A DNA stretch of 64,000 nt from an uncultured delta proteobacterium (GTDB taxonomy: Bacteria; Myxococcota; Myxococcia; Myxococcales; Anaeromyxobacteraceae). Under the pieces are notes generated by a model that was given only the letters and a program-made list of their open reading frames with translations, was not told the DNA's origin and did not search any database. The position numbers and the translations under genes are program-made. Positions 22,131 through 32,611 of this stretch are shown piece by piece. Each line of letters starts with the position of its first letter. Positions within the stretch are counted from its first letter, which is position 1. The stretch covers positions 544,001 to 608,000 of the forward strand of contig CAVYBH010000012.1 of NCBI GenBank assembly GCA_963766715.1. The letters are read 5' to 3'.

Positions 22131-23844
22131 ATGATCGCCACCCTCGCACTCGCCACTCGCACTGGCGGCCCCGCCGGCCCTCCCGCCGCCCCCGGCTCCG
22201 CCCGGCGCGCCCTCGTCGGTCCCCGCTCCGCCGCCGCTCCGCGACCCCCGCCTCCAGGGCGAATGGCCGGCGAAGCCCTCCGACGCGAAGGTCACCCTGA
22301 GCGACGGCAAGATGAGCGTGGACAAGGCGCTCCGGAAGATCGCCGACGCCGCGGGCTGGAGCGTGGTCGCGAACACGGGCCGCGCCGGGGACCGGCTGCT
22401 CGTCCTCGACCTCCGCAACGTCCCCGTCGAGGTCGCGCTGGTCGCGGTCCTCGAGGGCACGCCCCTCGCCGCGACCCGGCGAGGCGACACCATCACGGTC
22501 GCCCCGCGGGTCACGCCCGTGGCCGACACGCCCGTCCTCTCCGGCTTCGAGACCCCTTCCGGCAAGAAGGTCACGGCCAACTTCACCGACGCCCCCGTCG
22601 ACAAGGCGCTCCGCCAGATCGCCGAGGCGGCCGGCTGGTCGATCGTCCTCCCTCCGGGGCTTCGCGGAGCGGTCAACGCGAACTTCCGGGCCACGCCCGC
22701 CGAGGAGGCCATGAAGGCGGTCCTGGCGCAGGCCGGCCTCTCCGCGGCCCGGGCTGGGTCGATCGTGACGGTGTCGCGGGAGTCGGGTCCGCGGCTCGTC
22801 ATCCGGGGCGACAAGCGGCGGCTGGTCTTCGACGGAAGCGGCGAGCTCCTGACGGAGGACATCCGCGGCATCGCCGACGAGGCGCGCCAGGCAGCGGCAG
22901 AGGCGGTGCAGGAGACGAACGAGGCGATGCGGGACGCCCAGGCCGACGTGGCCGACGCCGGCGGCAAGGGAGGCAAGGACAAGGTCATCTCGGGCGACAT
23001 CTCCATCGGCCCGGGCGAACGCTGGCGGGACGTGGTCGCGCTGCGCGGGAACGTCCACATGGGCGCCGGGGCGTCGGCCCGTCAGGTCACGGCCGTGCTG
23101 GGCTCCGTCGAGCTCGAGCCGGGCGCCACGGTCGACAAGGAAGTCGTCGCGGTCGGCGGGAACGTGCACGTCTCGCCGGGCGCCCACGTGGGCAACGACG
23201 CGGTCAGCGTCGGCGGCGAAGTCGTCATCGATCCGGGTGGCATGGTCGAGGGGCAGGAGGTCTCGGTCAGCATTCCGGGCTTCGCGGGGATCCTCGGGCT
23301 GGCCTCTGCCGACAGGCACGCGTCGAAGGGGCTCTCCTTCGGGCTCAAGGTCGGACAGGCCCTCGCCAAGTACGTGGTCTTCTTCCTGCTCGGGCTCCTC
23401 CTGCTCGCCGTGGCTCCTGCCCGGCTGGACCGCGTCACGGCCAGTCTCACCCGGTCCCCGGTGCGGGACGTCCTGGTCGGGCTCCTCGGCACCGTCGCCA
23501 TGCCCGTGCTCACGGTCCTCCTCGTGGTGACCATCGTCGGGATCCTGCTCGTCCCCGTCCAGATCATCGCCATCCTGCTGGCGGGCATCCTGGGCTACAC
23601 CGCGCTCGCGCTCCTCATCGGCCGGGCGCTCCCCTTCCGGCCGGAGAAGGCCACGGCGGTGGTCCAGCTGGCGATCGGGGTCGCCATCGTCGTGCTCATC
23701 AGCGAGATCCCGTTCGTGGGCGTCATGGCGATGGTCTCGGCGTGGTTCCTGGTCTTCGGGGCGGTGCTTCGCTCCCGCGGCGGGCAGCCGCCGTCCGCGC
23801 AGGCCGCGCCGACCACCACCATCGCCCCCACGCCGGTCGCCTGA
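22131..23844 (+). CDS. Membrane protein: two STN-like domains, beta-helix repeats, multi-TM C-terminus (frameshift in the N-terminal part)
   Basis: Duplicated VDKALRxIAxAAGWS units; VxVGGxVxV repeats; about 5 hydrophobic helices. Confidence 0.75.
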
Positions 23845-23914
23845 ACGACCAGTTCGGGTGCGCCCCCTGGGGGGACTTGTGAAATGGACGTTTCAGGGCC
23901 AACAACTGTGAGCC

Positions 23915-24511
23915 ATGACCCTTGCTCGCGCTGCTCTGCTCGTCGCCTCGTCCGCGGTCCTCGCCTGTGCCACCCCGTCTGGAACTCCCATCCCGGTCAG
24001 CACGCCGGCCCCCGGGGAGACCAAGCCCCGGGACTTCCAGGCCACCGGCGAGGTCTTCTTCTGGGCGACCGTCGGGACCGGGACGAGCGCAGCCTTCAAC
24101 GACTTCCGGATCGTCGGACCGCAGGCCAACATGACGCGCGACGCGAACGGCCAATGGGGCGGCGACATCGCCGGGAAGAACCTGATCCTGACCGTGCAGC
24201 CGGGCCGGATCACGGGCGACGGGGTGAACCTCTTCGTCGTTCGCAAGGGCACGACCGTGAGCGTCCAGGGCATGTTCGGCCAGCGACAGGTCTGGGTGAC
24301 CTTGAAGCCGAACGAGATCCAGGGCACCACCGACTCCAACCGGTGCTCCGTCGACCTCACGCTCAGGAGCCCGGGCGTCTTCTCGGGTGGCGTGGGCTGC
24401 GGCGGCAATCTCACCGTCTCGACGCTCCAGCTCACCGGGGCTGCGGCGAACCTCGAGAGCCCCACCATGCCGCAGATGGTCCTCGCGCTCATCGACGTCC
24501 TGCCGTACTGA
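23915..24511 (+). CDS. Hypothetical lipoprotein
   Basis: MTLARAALLVASSAVLAC lipobox; beta-rich mature part; typical codon bias. Confidence 0.75.
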   Translation: MTLARAALLVASSAVLACATPSGTPIPVSTPAPGETKPRDFQATGEVFFWATVGTGTSAAFNDFRIVGPQANMTRDANGQWGGDIAGKNLILTVQPGRITGDGVNLFVVRKGTTVSVQGMFGQRQVWVTLKPNEIQGTTDSNRCSVDLTLRSPGVFSGGVGCGGNLTVSTLQLTGAAANLESPTMPQMVLALIDVLPY

Positions 24512-24524
24512 CCCGGCGAGGCCG

Positions 24525-26439
24525 TCAACGCCGGACGGGGGCTCGCGTGGGCAGCCGCGCCAGGGCCTCGATCGCCGCCCGCCGGACGTCGACGTAGTAG
24601 TCGGACCGCAGCGCCTCCAGCCGGGCGGCGGCGCTCTCGTGCCGGATCCGGCCCAGCGCACGCGCCGCGGCCGCCCTCAGGGCTGGGCGGTCGCTCGTGA
24701 GCTCGGCAGCCAGCGGATCGCCCGCCTCGGAGGCCCCGAGCGACCCGATCGCCTCGACGATCTCGAGGCGTCCGGCAGTCCGTCCCGAGGCCAGGGCGGC
24801 GAGGAGCGGTGCGACCGCCTCCACCTTCCCGAGCCGGCCCAGGGCGGCCGCCGCCGCGCCGGGCTCCGGCCCGTCGAGCAACTGCGCGAGGGCGGGGACC
24901 GCCCGGGGGTCGCCCGTTGCCGCGAGCGCCCCCGCAAGCGCAACGCCCTCCTCGCCGGGCGGACGACCGGCCGCCGCAGCGGCGAGCGCCGGGAGCCCCG
25001 GGCCTCCCAGCGAACCCAGCGACCCGAACGAGGCGGTCCGGACCGCCAACTCCGGGTCGCTCGCCAGGCGTTCCAGGGTCTCCCTGGCCTCCGGGGAAGC
25101 GGAGCGGGCCAGGGAACGGGCGGCGGCCGCGCGGAGGCGGGGGTCGGGGTCCGCGACCAGGCGAGCCACGAGCGGCGCCGACAGCGTCCGGCGCCAGCTG
25201 GGCCAGCGCCACCGCGATCTCGCCGAGCTCGTCCCCCGCCGCCGTGGTCGCGCGCCGCTGCAGGGCCGGGACTGCCGCGGGATACGGCGCATGGCCGAGG
25301 GCCCGGGCCGCGGCGGTCCGGAGACGCGCGTCGGTGCTCGACTGGAGCAGCGACACCGCCTTGTCGCCAGGTCCCTTGAGGCGCTCTCCGCGAAGGCCGA
25401 GTGCCCCGAACGCAGCCAGCGCCGCTGCCGCTTCCGGTCCTCCCCGGCCGATGCGCTGGGCGAGGGCGCGTTCCGGACAGTCGGCCTCGCGGGACCGGGC
25501 GCCGGCCGCGGCGTGCTCCGCCACGGTCGGGTCGATCGAGCGAACCGCCACCTCGCAGAGGGCGACGCCGACCTCCGGAGCGGGCGGCATCGCCTCGAGC
25601 GCCGACGCCGCCGCGAGCGCGACGCGCCCCGGCGCCGTGCTGCCCGCATCGGCGAGCGACTCGGCTCCCCGGACGTCGCCCACGTTGCCGATTCCCCAGG
25701 CCGCCGCCTCCGCGACGTCTGCCCACCGGGAGCGAAGCAGGGCCTCGAGCGGCTCGACCACCGCGCCGTCCCCCGACCAGCCGAGCCCGCGGGCGGTCGC
25801 CGCCGCCAGGACGGGATCGGTCGACCCCTCGTCCACGATGGGCAGCAGGAGCCGCACGGCCTCGGCCCGGCCGCTCCGCCCGAGCTCCTCGGCGGCGCCG
25901 GGAGCCGCCGCCGTTCCGGTGGCGAGTGCGCGGGCGTTCCGATCCCACAGCCATCTCGCCTCGGCCTCCACCGCGTCCCGGAGCGATCCCCCGATGACCT
26001 GGAGCCCCGCGGCGATCTCCGCGCGCCCCCGCGCGTCGGCCCGGCCGTAGGCGCCCGCCAGGGCGACACCCACCCGCTGCTGGAGCTCGGCCGCTGCGCG
26101 TGCGTCGGCCTTCGGGCCGCCCGGACGGAGGGACGCGAGCGCGCGTGCCGCCGCCGCCACCACGTCCGGGTCCGGATCGGCGAGCATCGGGGCGAGCCCG
26201 TCCAGGGAGGCGCCTCCCCCGCGCGTGCCGAACGCCGCCGCCGCGGCCCTTCGCACCCGCGGGTCCGGGTCCTGCTGCGCCACGAGCAGCGGCGCGAGGT
26301 CTGCCGGGTCGCCCGAGCCGCCGAGCCGCAGGACCGCCGCGGCCCGGCGCGAGGGATCGGGGGATTCGAGGTCGCTCCGGGAGCCGGATCGGCATCCCGC
26401 GAAGGCCGTCGCGAGCAGCGCGGCGGCAATCCACCTCAC
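24525..26439 (-). CDS. HEAT-repeat lipoprotein (frameshift near 25190)
   Basis: RWIAAALLATAFAGC lipobox; many DPDPxVRxAAAxALG repeats. Confidence 0.8.
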
Positions 26440-27423
26440 CGGTCCCTGCCCCGTCCCTTCGGCGCTGCACGCCCTTCACGACCGCGGGAGGTGGAGGAGC
26501 GGAGCTTTCGTGGACGCGACTCCGGCCGGCTGCGCGGGTCGCGCTCCGGCTTTCGAGGCTCGCGGCCGGGCCGGCCTTCCGCGACGGGCTCGCTCGGTCG
26601 GCCGGGGGGTGCGCCCACCGCCCGGCTCGGGCGGGCCGTGCCCGTGGCGACGCCCTGCCTTGGGGAGCGGGAGGAAGGAAGGCGCCGGCCGGGGACCCTT
26701 GAGCAGGCCGGCGGCCCGCCGCATCGTGTCGACCTCCTCGGAGGTGAGGTCGCGGTACCGCCCCGGGCGAAGCCGCGCCACCGTCACGCCTCCGAACTCC
26801 GGCCGGAAGAGGCGCAGCACCTCGAGCCCCACCGACTCGCAGAGCCGCTTCACCAGGTGGCGGCGCCCCTCGCCGACCACGATCCGGATCCAGGAGTTCT
26901 TCTCCACCTTCTCGTGGAGCGTGGCCTCGATCGCCTTCGCGGGGCCGTCCTCGAGGCGGACACCCTCGAGCAGGCGACCGAGCGCGCCGGTCGGCGGGTC
27001 GCCCTTCACCTTGACGAGGTAGGTGCGCTGGTGGCCGTAGCGGGGGTGTGCGAGCCGGTTGGCGAGGTCGCCGTCCGTCGTGAAGAGGAGCGCGCCCTCC
27101 GCGTCCCAGTCGAGCCTGCCGACGGGGAAGACCCGCTGGGTCACGCCGGTGAGGTACCGGGCCACCGTCGGGCGACCCTCGGGGTCGGAGAGCGTGGTCA
27201 CGCATCCCGGCGGCTTGTAGAGGAGGATGTACCGGTGCCGTGCGCCGGTCTCGACGGCACGACCGTCCACGACCACCTGGTCGATCTCCGGGTCGACCTT
27301 GGTTCCCATCTCCTTCACGACCACGCCGTTCACCGACACCCGGCCGGCCAGGACGAGCTCCTCCGCCTTCCGGCGGGAGGCGACGCCGGCGCCGGCCAGG
27401 AACTTCTGGAGTCGCTCCATCAT
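26436..27423 (-). CDS. rluB: RluB-like rRNA pseudouridine synthase (end 26476 as read, or 26436 if the tail is frameshifted)
   Basis: ERLQKFLAGAGVASRRKAE S4 domain, PVGRLD, EGRRHLVKR; follows scpB. Confidence 0.88.
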
Positions 27424-28373
27424 GGCGCCGCTCCTCCGTCCGTACCGGGCCCGCCCTCGGGCGGGGCCTCGGGATCGAGGATGCCCTTCACCGACCGGCT
27501 GCTCGTATCGGCCCGGTCGATGGCGCGCTCGAGCTCCTCGAGCGCCGCATCCCCCTCCTCGCGCCCCTGCTCCATCGCGGCGCGGAGGTTGGGGTCGGCG
27601 AGCTCGGCGACCAGCCCTTGCAGGTTGGGCACCTCGGCCGGCGCCTCCTTCTCGACGATGTCCCGGTGCTCCTCGGAGAGCTCGTGGAACTCCCGGAGCG
27701 TGGGCATGGAGGCGAGGTCCTTCAGGGCGAAGAACTCCAGGAACTCGCGGGTCGTCCCGTAGAGGATGGGGCGGCCCGGCTCCTCCTTCTTGCCCAGGAT
27801 CTTGAGGAGCTTCCGCTCGAGGAGCGCCTTCATGACCGCGCCCGAGTCCACGCCCCGGATCTCCTCCACCTCCGGGCGCGTCACCGGTTGCCGGTAGGCG
27901 ACGATGGCGAGCGTCTCGAGGGCAGCCCGGGTGAGCCGCTGCGGCTTCACCTTCAGGAAACGGCGGGCGAAGTCGGAGGCATCCGGGGAGGTCCGGAGCT
28001 GCCACCCCTCCGCGACCTCGTGCAGCACGATCCCCGACACCCCTTCCCGGAAGTGTCCGGCGAGCTCGTCGAGCCCCTTGCGGATCCGCGCCGGCTCGAG
28101 CCCGGTGGCCTGGCGGATGGCCTCCACGGACAGCGGGCGCTCGGCCAGGAACAGCAGGGCCTCCACGATCGTCCGGGCGCGCTCCGGGGAGATGCGCTTG
28201 GCCTGGGCGGCCAGCTTCTCGAAGGGCTCCTCCCGCTCGGTGGGCCCCTCGTCGGAGACCTCGATCGCGGCCGGCTCGACCTCGTCGAGAGACGGATCGG
28301 CCTTGGCCTCCTCGGCGGCCTGCAGGGCCTGGAGCTCCTCGGGAGTGGGGCCGGGCCCCTGGTTCTCGCTCAT
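27420..28373 (-). CDS. scpB: SMC-Scp complex subunit ScpB
   Basis: VEALLF, EVAEGWQLRT, ALETLAIVAYRQPVTR, GRPILYGTTREFLEFFAL. Confidence 0.95.
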   Translation of the reverse strand: MSENQGPGPTPEELQALQAAEEAKADPSLDEVEPAAIEVSDEGPTEREEPFEKLAAQAKRISPERARTIVEALLFLAERPLSVEAIRQATGLEPARIRKGLDELAGHFREGVSGIVLHEVAEGWQLRTSPDASDFARRFLKVKPQRLTRAALETLAIVAYRQPVTRPEVEEIRGVDSGAVMKALLERKLLKILGKKEEPGRPILYGTTREFLEFFALKDLASMPTLREFHELSEEHRDIVEKEAPAEVPNLQGLVAELADPNLRAAMEQGREEGDAALEELERAIDRADTSSRSVKGILDPEAPPEGGPGTDGGAAP

Positions 28374-29239
28374 CGGTACTCCTCCACCCCTTCCACGCCG
28401 CTCGTGCCGTCACCCAGCGTCTCTCGTGCCTCGACGACGATCTCCGCCTCCGCCCCCGCCTCGTCCGCCGGGGCCTGGAAGATCCGCAGCAGCCGGAGCT
28501 TGGCCATCTCGAGCACGGCCAGGAAGGCCGAGATGACCGCGGCCCTCCCGCCGTCGCCGGAGGAGAGGAGCAGGTCCACGAACGACAGGCGCTTCCGGGT
28601 ACGCAGGACCTCGGCCACGCGGCTGATGGCGTCGGTGATCGAGAGCCGGTCGGACTCCACCTCGTGGCGGGTCTCGGGCGTCGCGTTGGCGAGCGCGCGG
28701 TCCAGCGCCTCGATGAGCCGGAACACCGAGACCTCGGCGAGCCCGTCGGGGCCGTCGGGCTGGGCGATGCGCGGCGCCCGGGCGCGGCGCGCGAAGACGT
28801 CCCGGTCGAGGATGTCGTGGCGCCCCAGCTCCTCGGCCGCGGCCTTGTACTTCTGGTACTCGAGCAGGCGGCGGACGAGCTCGGCGCGGGGGTCGCCCTG
28901 CTCCTCGGCGGGGTCGGCGTCCTCGGCCACCTCGGTGCGCGGGAGCAGCAGCTTCGACTTCACCAGCATGAGCTGGGCCGCCATCTGCAGGAACTCGCCC
29001 GCCACGTCGATGTCCATCTCCTGCATCGACTTCATCGCGAGCAGGTAGGACTCGGTGATCCGGGCGATGGGGATGTCGAAGATGTCGACCTGGTGCTCCT
29101 TCACGAGGTGAAGGAGGAGGTCGAGGGGCCCCTCGAACGGCGGCTCTCCCGCCCGGACCGGCGGCAAGGAGACGCGGAACGCCTGGGGCGCCGGGAAGTC
29201 GGCCTCGCTGGGGCCCGCGCTGGCCGGTTTGCGGCTCAT
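28370..29239 (-). CDS. scpA: Segregation/condensation protein ScpA
   Basis: FEGPLDLLLHL, GEFLQMAAQLMLVKSKLLLP, DPRAELVRRLLEY, FLAVLEM. Confidence 0.95.
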   Translation of the reverse strand: MSRKPASAGPSEADFPAPQAFRVSLPPVRAGEPPFEGPLDLLLHLVKEHQVDIFDIPIARITESYLLAMKSMQEMDIDVAGEFLQMAAQLMLVKSKLLLPRTEVAEDADPAEEQGDPRAELVRRLLEYQKYKAAAEELGRHDILDRDVFARRARAPRIAQPDGPDGLAEVSVFRLIEALDRALANATPETRHEVESDRLSITDAISRVAEVLRTRKRLSFVDLLLSSGDGGRAAVISAFLAVLEMAKLRLLRIFQAPADEAGAEAEIVVEARETLGDGTSGVEGVEEYR

Positions 29240-29257
29240 CGGATGGAGGGGTCGATC

Positions 29258-30262
<1,005 letters not shown>

Positions 30263-30273
30263 GGGGTGGGATC

Positions 30274-30948
30274 TCAGGCGATGAGGCTGGCGAGGTGGAT
30301 CATCCAGCCGATGGCGGCGTTGATGGGGCCGCCGATGAGGCGCCATCCGAAGAACACGAGGATGAGCAGCGCGAAGATGGAGAAGCGGGAGAAGGTTTCC
30401 CAGGCGGGGCGGAAGCGGGCGGGCAGGAAGGCGTCGACGATCCGGCTCCCGTCGAGCGGCGGGATGGGGAGCAGGTTGAAGATGCCCAGCACGACGTTCA
30501 TCTGGATCATGCTGTAGAGGAACGCGGCCGCGATCCCCGATGCACCGCGGCCGTCGCCGGCCGTCCCGAGGCTGGGATCGATCCGGGCCACCAGGCCGAG
30601 CAGGAGCGCCGAGACGACCCCGAGGAGGAAGTTCGATGCCGGCCCGGCCAGCGCCGTGAACATCATCCCCTTCCCCATGTTCACGCCGGGACGAAAGCGG
30701 CCGGGGTTCACCGGGACCGGCTTCGCCCAGCCGAACGGGATGTTGGTGAACACCGGCAGGAAGAAGGTGCCGATGGGATCCATGTGCGCCAGCGGGTTGA
30801 GGGTGTAGCGCCCCATGCGCATGGCCGTGTCGTCCCCGAGTCGCCGAGCGGCCCACGCATGGGCGAACTCGTGAACCGTCAGCGAGAGCAGCAGCACCGG
30901 AAGGACGACGAGGAGCCGCTGCACGATTTCGGACAACGAAGGAAACAC
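30274..30948 (-). CDS. Site-2 protease (peptidase M50)
   Basis: HEFAH, AGPASN, FNLLPIPPLDG; GTG after GGAG. Confidence 0.92.
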   Translation of the reverse strand: MFPSLSEIVQRLLVVLPVLLLSLTVHEFAHAWAARRLGDDTAMRMGRYTLNPLAHMDPIGTFFLPVFTNIPFGWAKPVPVNPGRFRPGVNMGKGMMFTALAGPASNFLLGVVSALLLGLVARIDPSLGTAGDGRGASGIAAAFLYSMIQMNVVLGIFNLLPIPPLDGSRIVDAFLPARFRPAWETFSRFSIFALLILVFFGWRLIGGPINAAIGWMIHLASLIA

Positions 30949-31024
30949 CGGGATCTCCAGAGGAAAGGACGGTTGAGTAGCACCGGAGGGTCGGCGGGTC
31001 AACGAGACCCGAGACGCCGGCGGA

Positions 31025-31954
31025 TCACGCCCTCGGATGGTGCCGGGCGTGCAGGCGTCGGGCGTGGGAACGGTCCACGTGGGTGTAGATCTCGGTGGTC
31101 GACACGTCGGCGTGGCCGAGCATCGACTGGACGGCCCGGAGGTCGGCTCCCCCCTCGAGCAGGTGGGTCGCGAAGCTGTGCCGGAGCTTGTGGGGAGAGA
31201 TTCGCCGGGCGATCCCCGCGGCCCGCGCGTACCGCCCGAGGAGCTTCCAGAAGCCCTGGCGGGTCATCCGGTGGCCGCGGGGCGTGACGAAGAGGTCGCG
31301 GGTGCGCCGGCCCTTGAGCATCCGCTCCCGGGGGCCGGCCAGCCAGCCCCGCAGCGCGTCGGCCGCCGGGGCCCCGAGCGGGACGAGCCGCTCCTTGTTG
31401 CCCTTCCCGCGCGCCAGCACGACCCTCGCCTCCAGGTCGACCTGGTTCACCTCCAGGGTGACCAGCTCCGAGACCCGGAGCCCCGTGGCGTAGAGGAGCT
31501 CCAGCATGGCCCGGTCGCGCGCGCCGGCCGCGCCCGGGACGGTCCGGGGCGCCGCGAGCAGCCGGTCGACCTCCTCCCGGGAGAGCAGCTGGGGAAGCTT
31601 CCGGGTGCGGCGGGGCGCGTCCACCTCGTCGGTCGGGTCGACGGGCGCGATCCGCTCCCCCACGAGGAGCCGGTGGAGGCCGCGGATCGCGGACAGCGCC
31701 CGGGCCTGGCTTCTCGGGGAGATGCCGGAGCCGGCCAGCGCCGAGAGGTGGGACTGGACGTCCGGGCGCCCCACCTCGGCCCAGGAGGCGCGTCCGGCCG
31801 CGGCCAGGTGCGCGACGTAGCGACGGACGTCGCGTGCGTAGGACTCCACCGAGTTGGCGGCCAGCCCCTTCTCGACGCGGAGGTGGGCGAGGAAGAGGTC
31901 GAGCGCGGGGGCCAGCGGACCGCCCTCGGCGGCCGGGGGCGGAGTGCGCGCCAT
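31025..31954 (-). CDS. xerD: Tyrosine recombinase XerD
   Basis: LYATGLRVSEL, GKGNKER, MTRQGFW, SPHKLRHSFATHLL, LGHADVSTTEIYTHV. Confidence 0.93.
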   Translation of the reverse strand: MARTPPPAAEGGPLAPALDLFLAHLRVEKGLAANSVESYARDVRRYVAHLAAAGRASWAEVGRPDVQSHLSALAGSGISPRSQARALSAIRGLHRLLVGERIAPVDPTDEVDAPRRTRKLPQLLSREEVDRLLAAPRTVPGAAGARDRAMLELLYATGLRVSELVTLEVNQVDLEARVVLARGKGNKERLVPLGAPAADALRGWLAGPRERMLKGRRTRDLFVTPRGHRMTRQGFWKLLGRYARAAGIARRISPHKLRHSFATHLLEGGADLRAVQSMLGHADVSTTEIYTHVDRSHARRLHARHHPRA

Positions 31955-32568
31955 CAGAGGTCCGAGACGTCGCCCTTGCCGACGCGCACCACCACCGGCA
32001 CCGGCCCGGTCAGATCGACGACGCTGGACGGCTCGTCCGGCTGGTACCCGCCGTCGAGGATGAGCTCGAGGCCGTGCCCCAGCCGGTCGCGGATGTCGCG
32101 CGCGTCGATGAGCACCTCCCCCTCGGGCGTGGCGGCGGAGGTCGAGACCAGCGGATGGGCCAGCTTCCGGACGATCTCGAGCGCGACCGGACTGGCCGGG
32201 AGGCGCACGCCCACGGTCTTCTGCCGCCGCAAGGCCAGCTCCGGGACGAGGCGCGTGGCAGGGAGCACGAAGGTGAACGGGCCCGGGGTCTTGCGGCGGA
32301 GGACGCGGAAGGCGGCGTTGTCGAGCATGGCGTAGCGCGCCACCTCGGCCAGGTCCGAGCAGAGGAACGAGAGCTCGTGGGTCCGTGGAAGCTGCTTCAG
32401 CTGGTAGATGCGCTCGATGGCCCGCTTGTCGAAGAGGTCGCAGGCGATGGCGTAGTAGGTGTCGGTGGGGAACGCGACCAGGCCACCGGAGGCGAGCACG
32501 CTCACCGCCTTCTCCACCACCCGCGGCTGCGGGTGGACCGCGTCGATGCTCCAGATGGTCGCCGTCAT
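31954..32568 (-). CDS. Sua5/YciO/YrdC-family protein (threonylcarbamoyl-AMP synthase-like)
   Basis: AFPTDTYYA, PGPFTFVL, STSA, PSSVVDL. Confidence 0.9.
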   Translation of the reverse strand: MTATIWSIDAVHPQPRVVEKAVSVLASGGLVAFPTDTYYAIACDLFDKRAIERIYQLKQLPRTHELSFLCSDLAEVARYAMLDNAAFRVLRRKTPGPFTFVLPATRLVPELALRRQKTVGVRLPASPVALEIVRKLAHPLVSTSAATPEGEVLIDARDIRDRLGHGLELILDGGYQPDEPSSVVDLTGPVPVVVRVGKGDVSDL

Positions 32569-32611
32569 CGCCGTTCGTCCCGACGCGAGGTTACCAGCCG
32601 CGGGGCTGCGG

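Noticed and set aside
31025..31954. Tyrosine recombinase as a prophage or island integrase
   Set aside because: XerD-type motifs in a housekeeping context, with no att repeats or phage genes.
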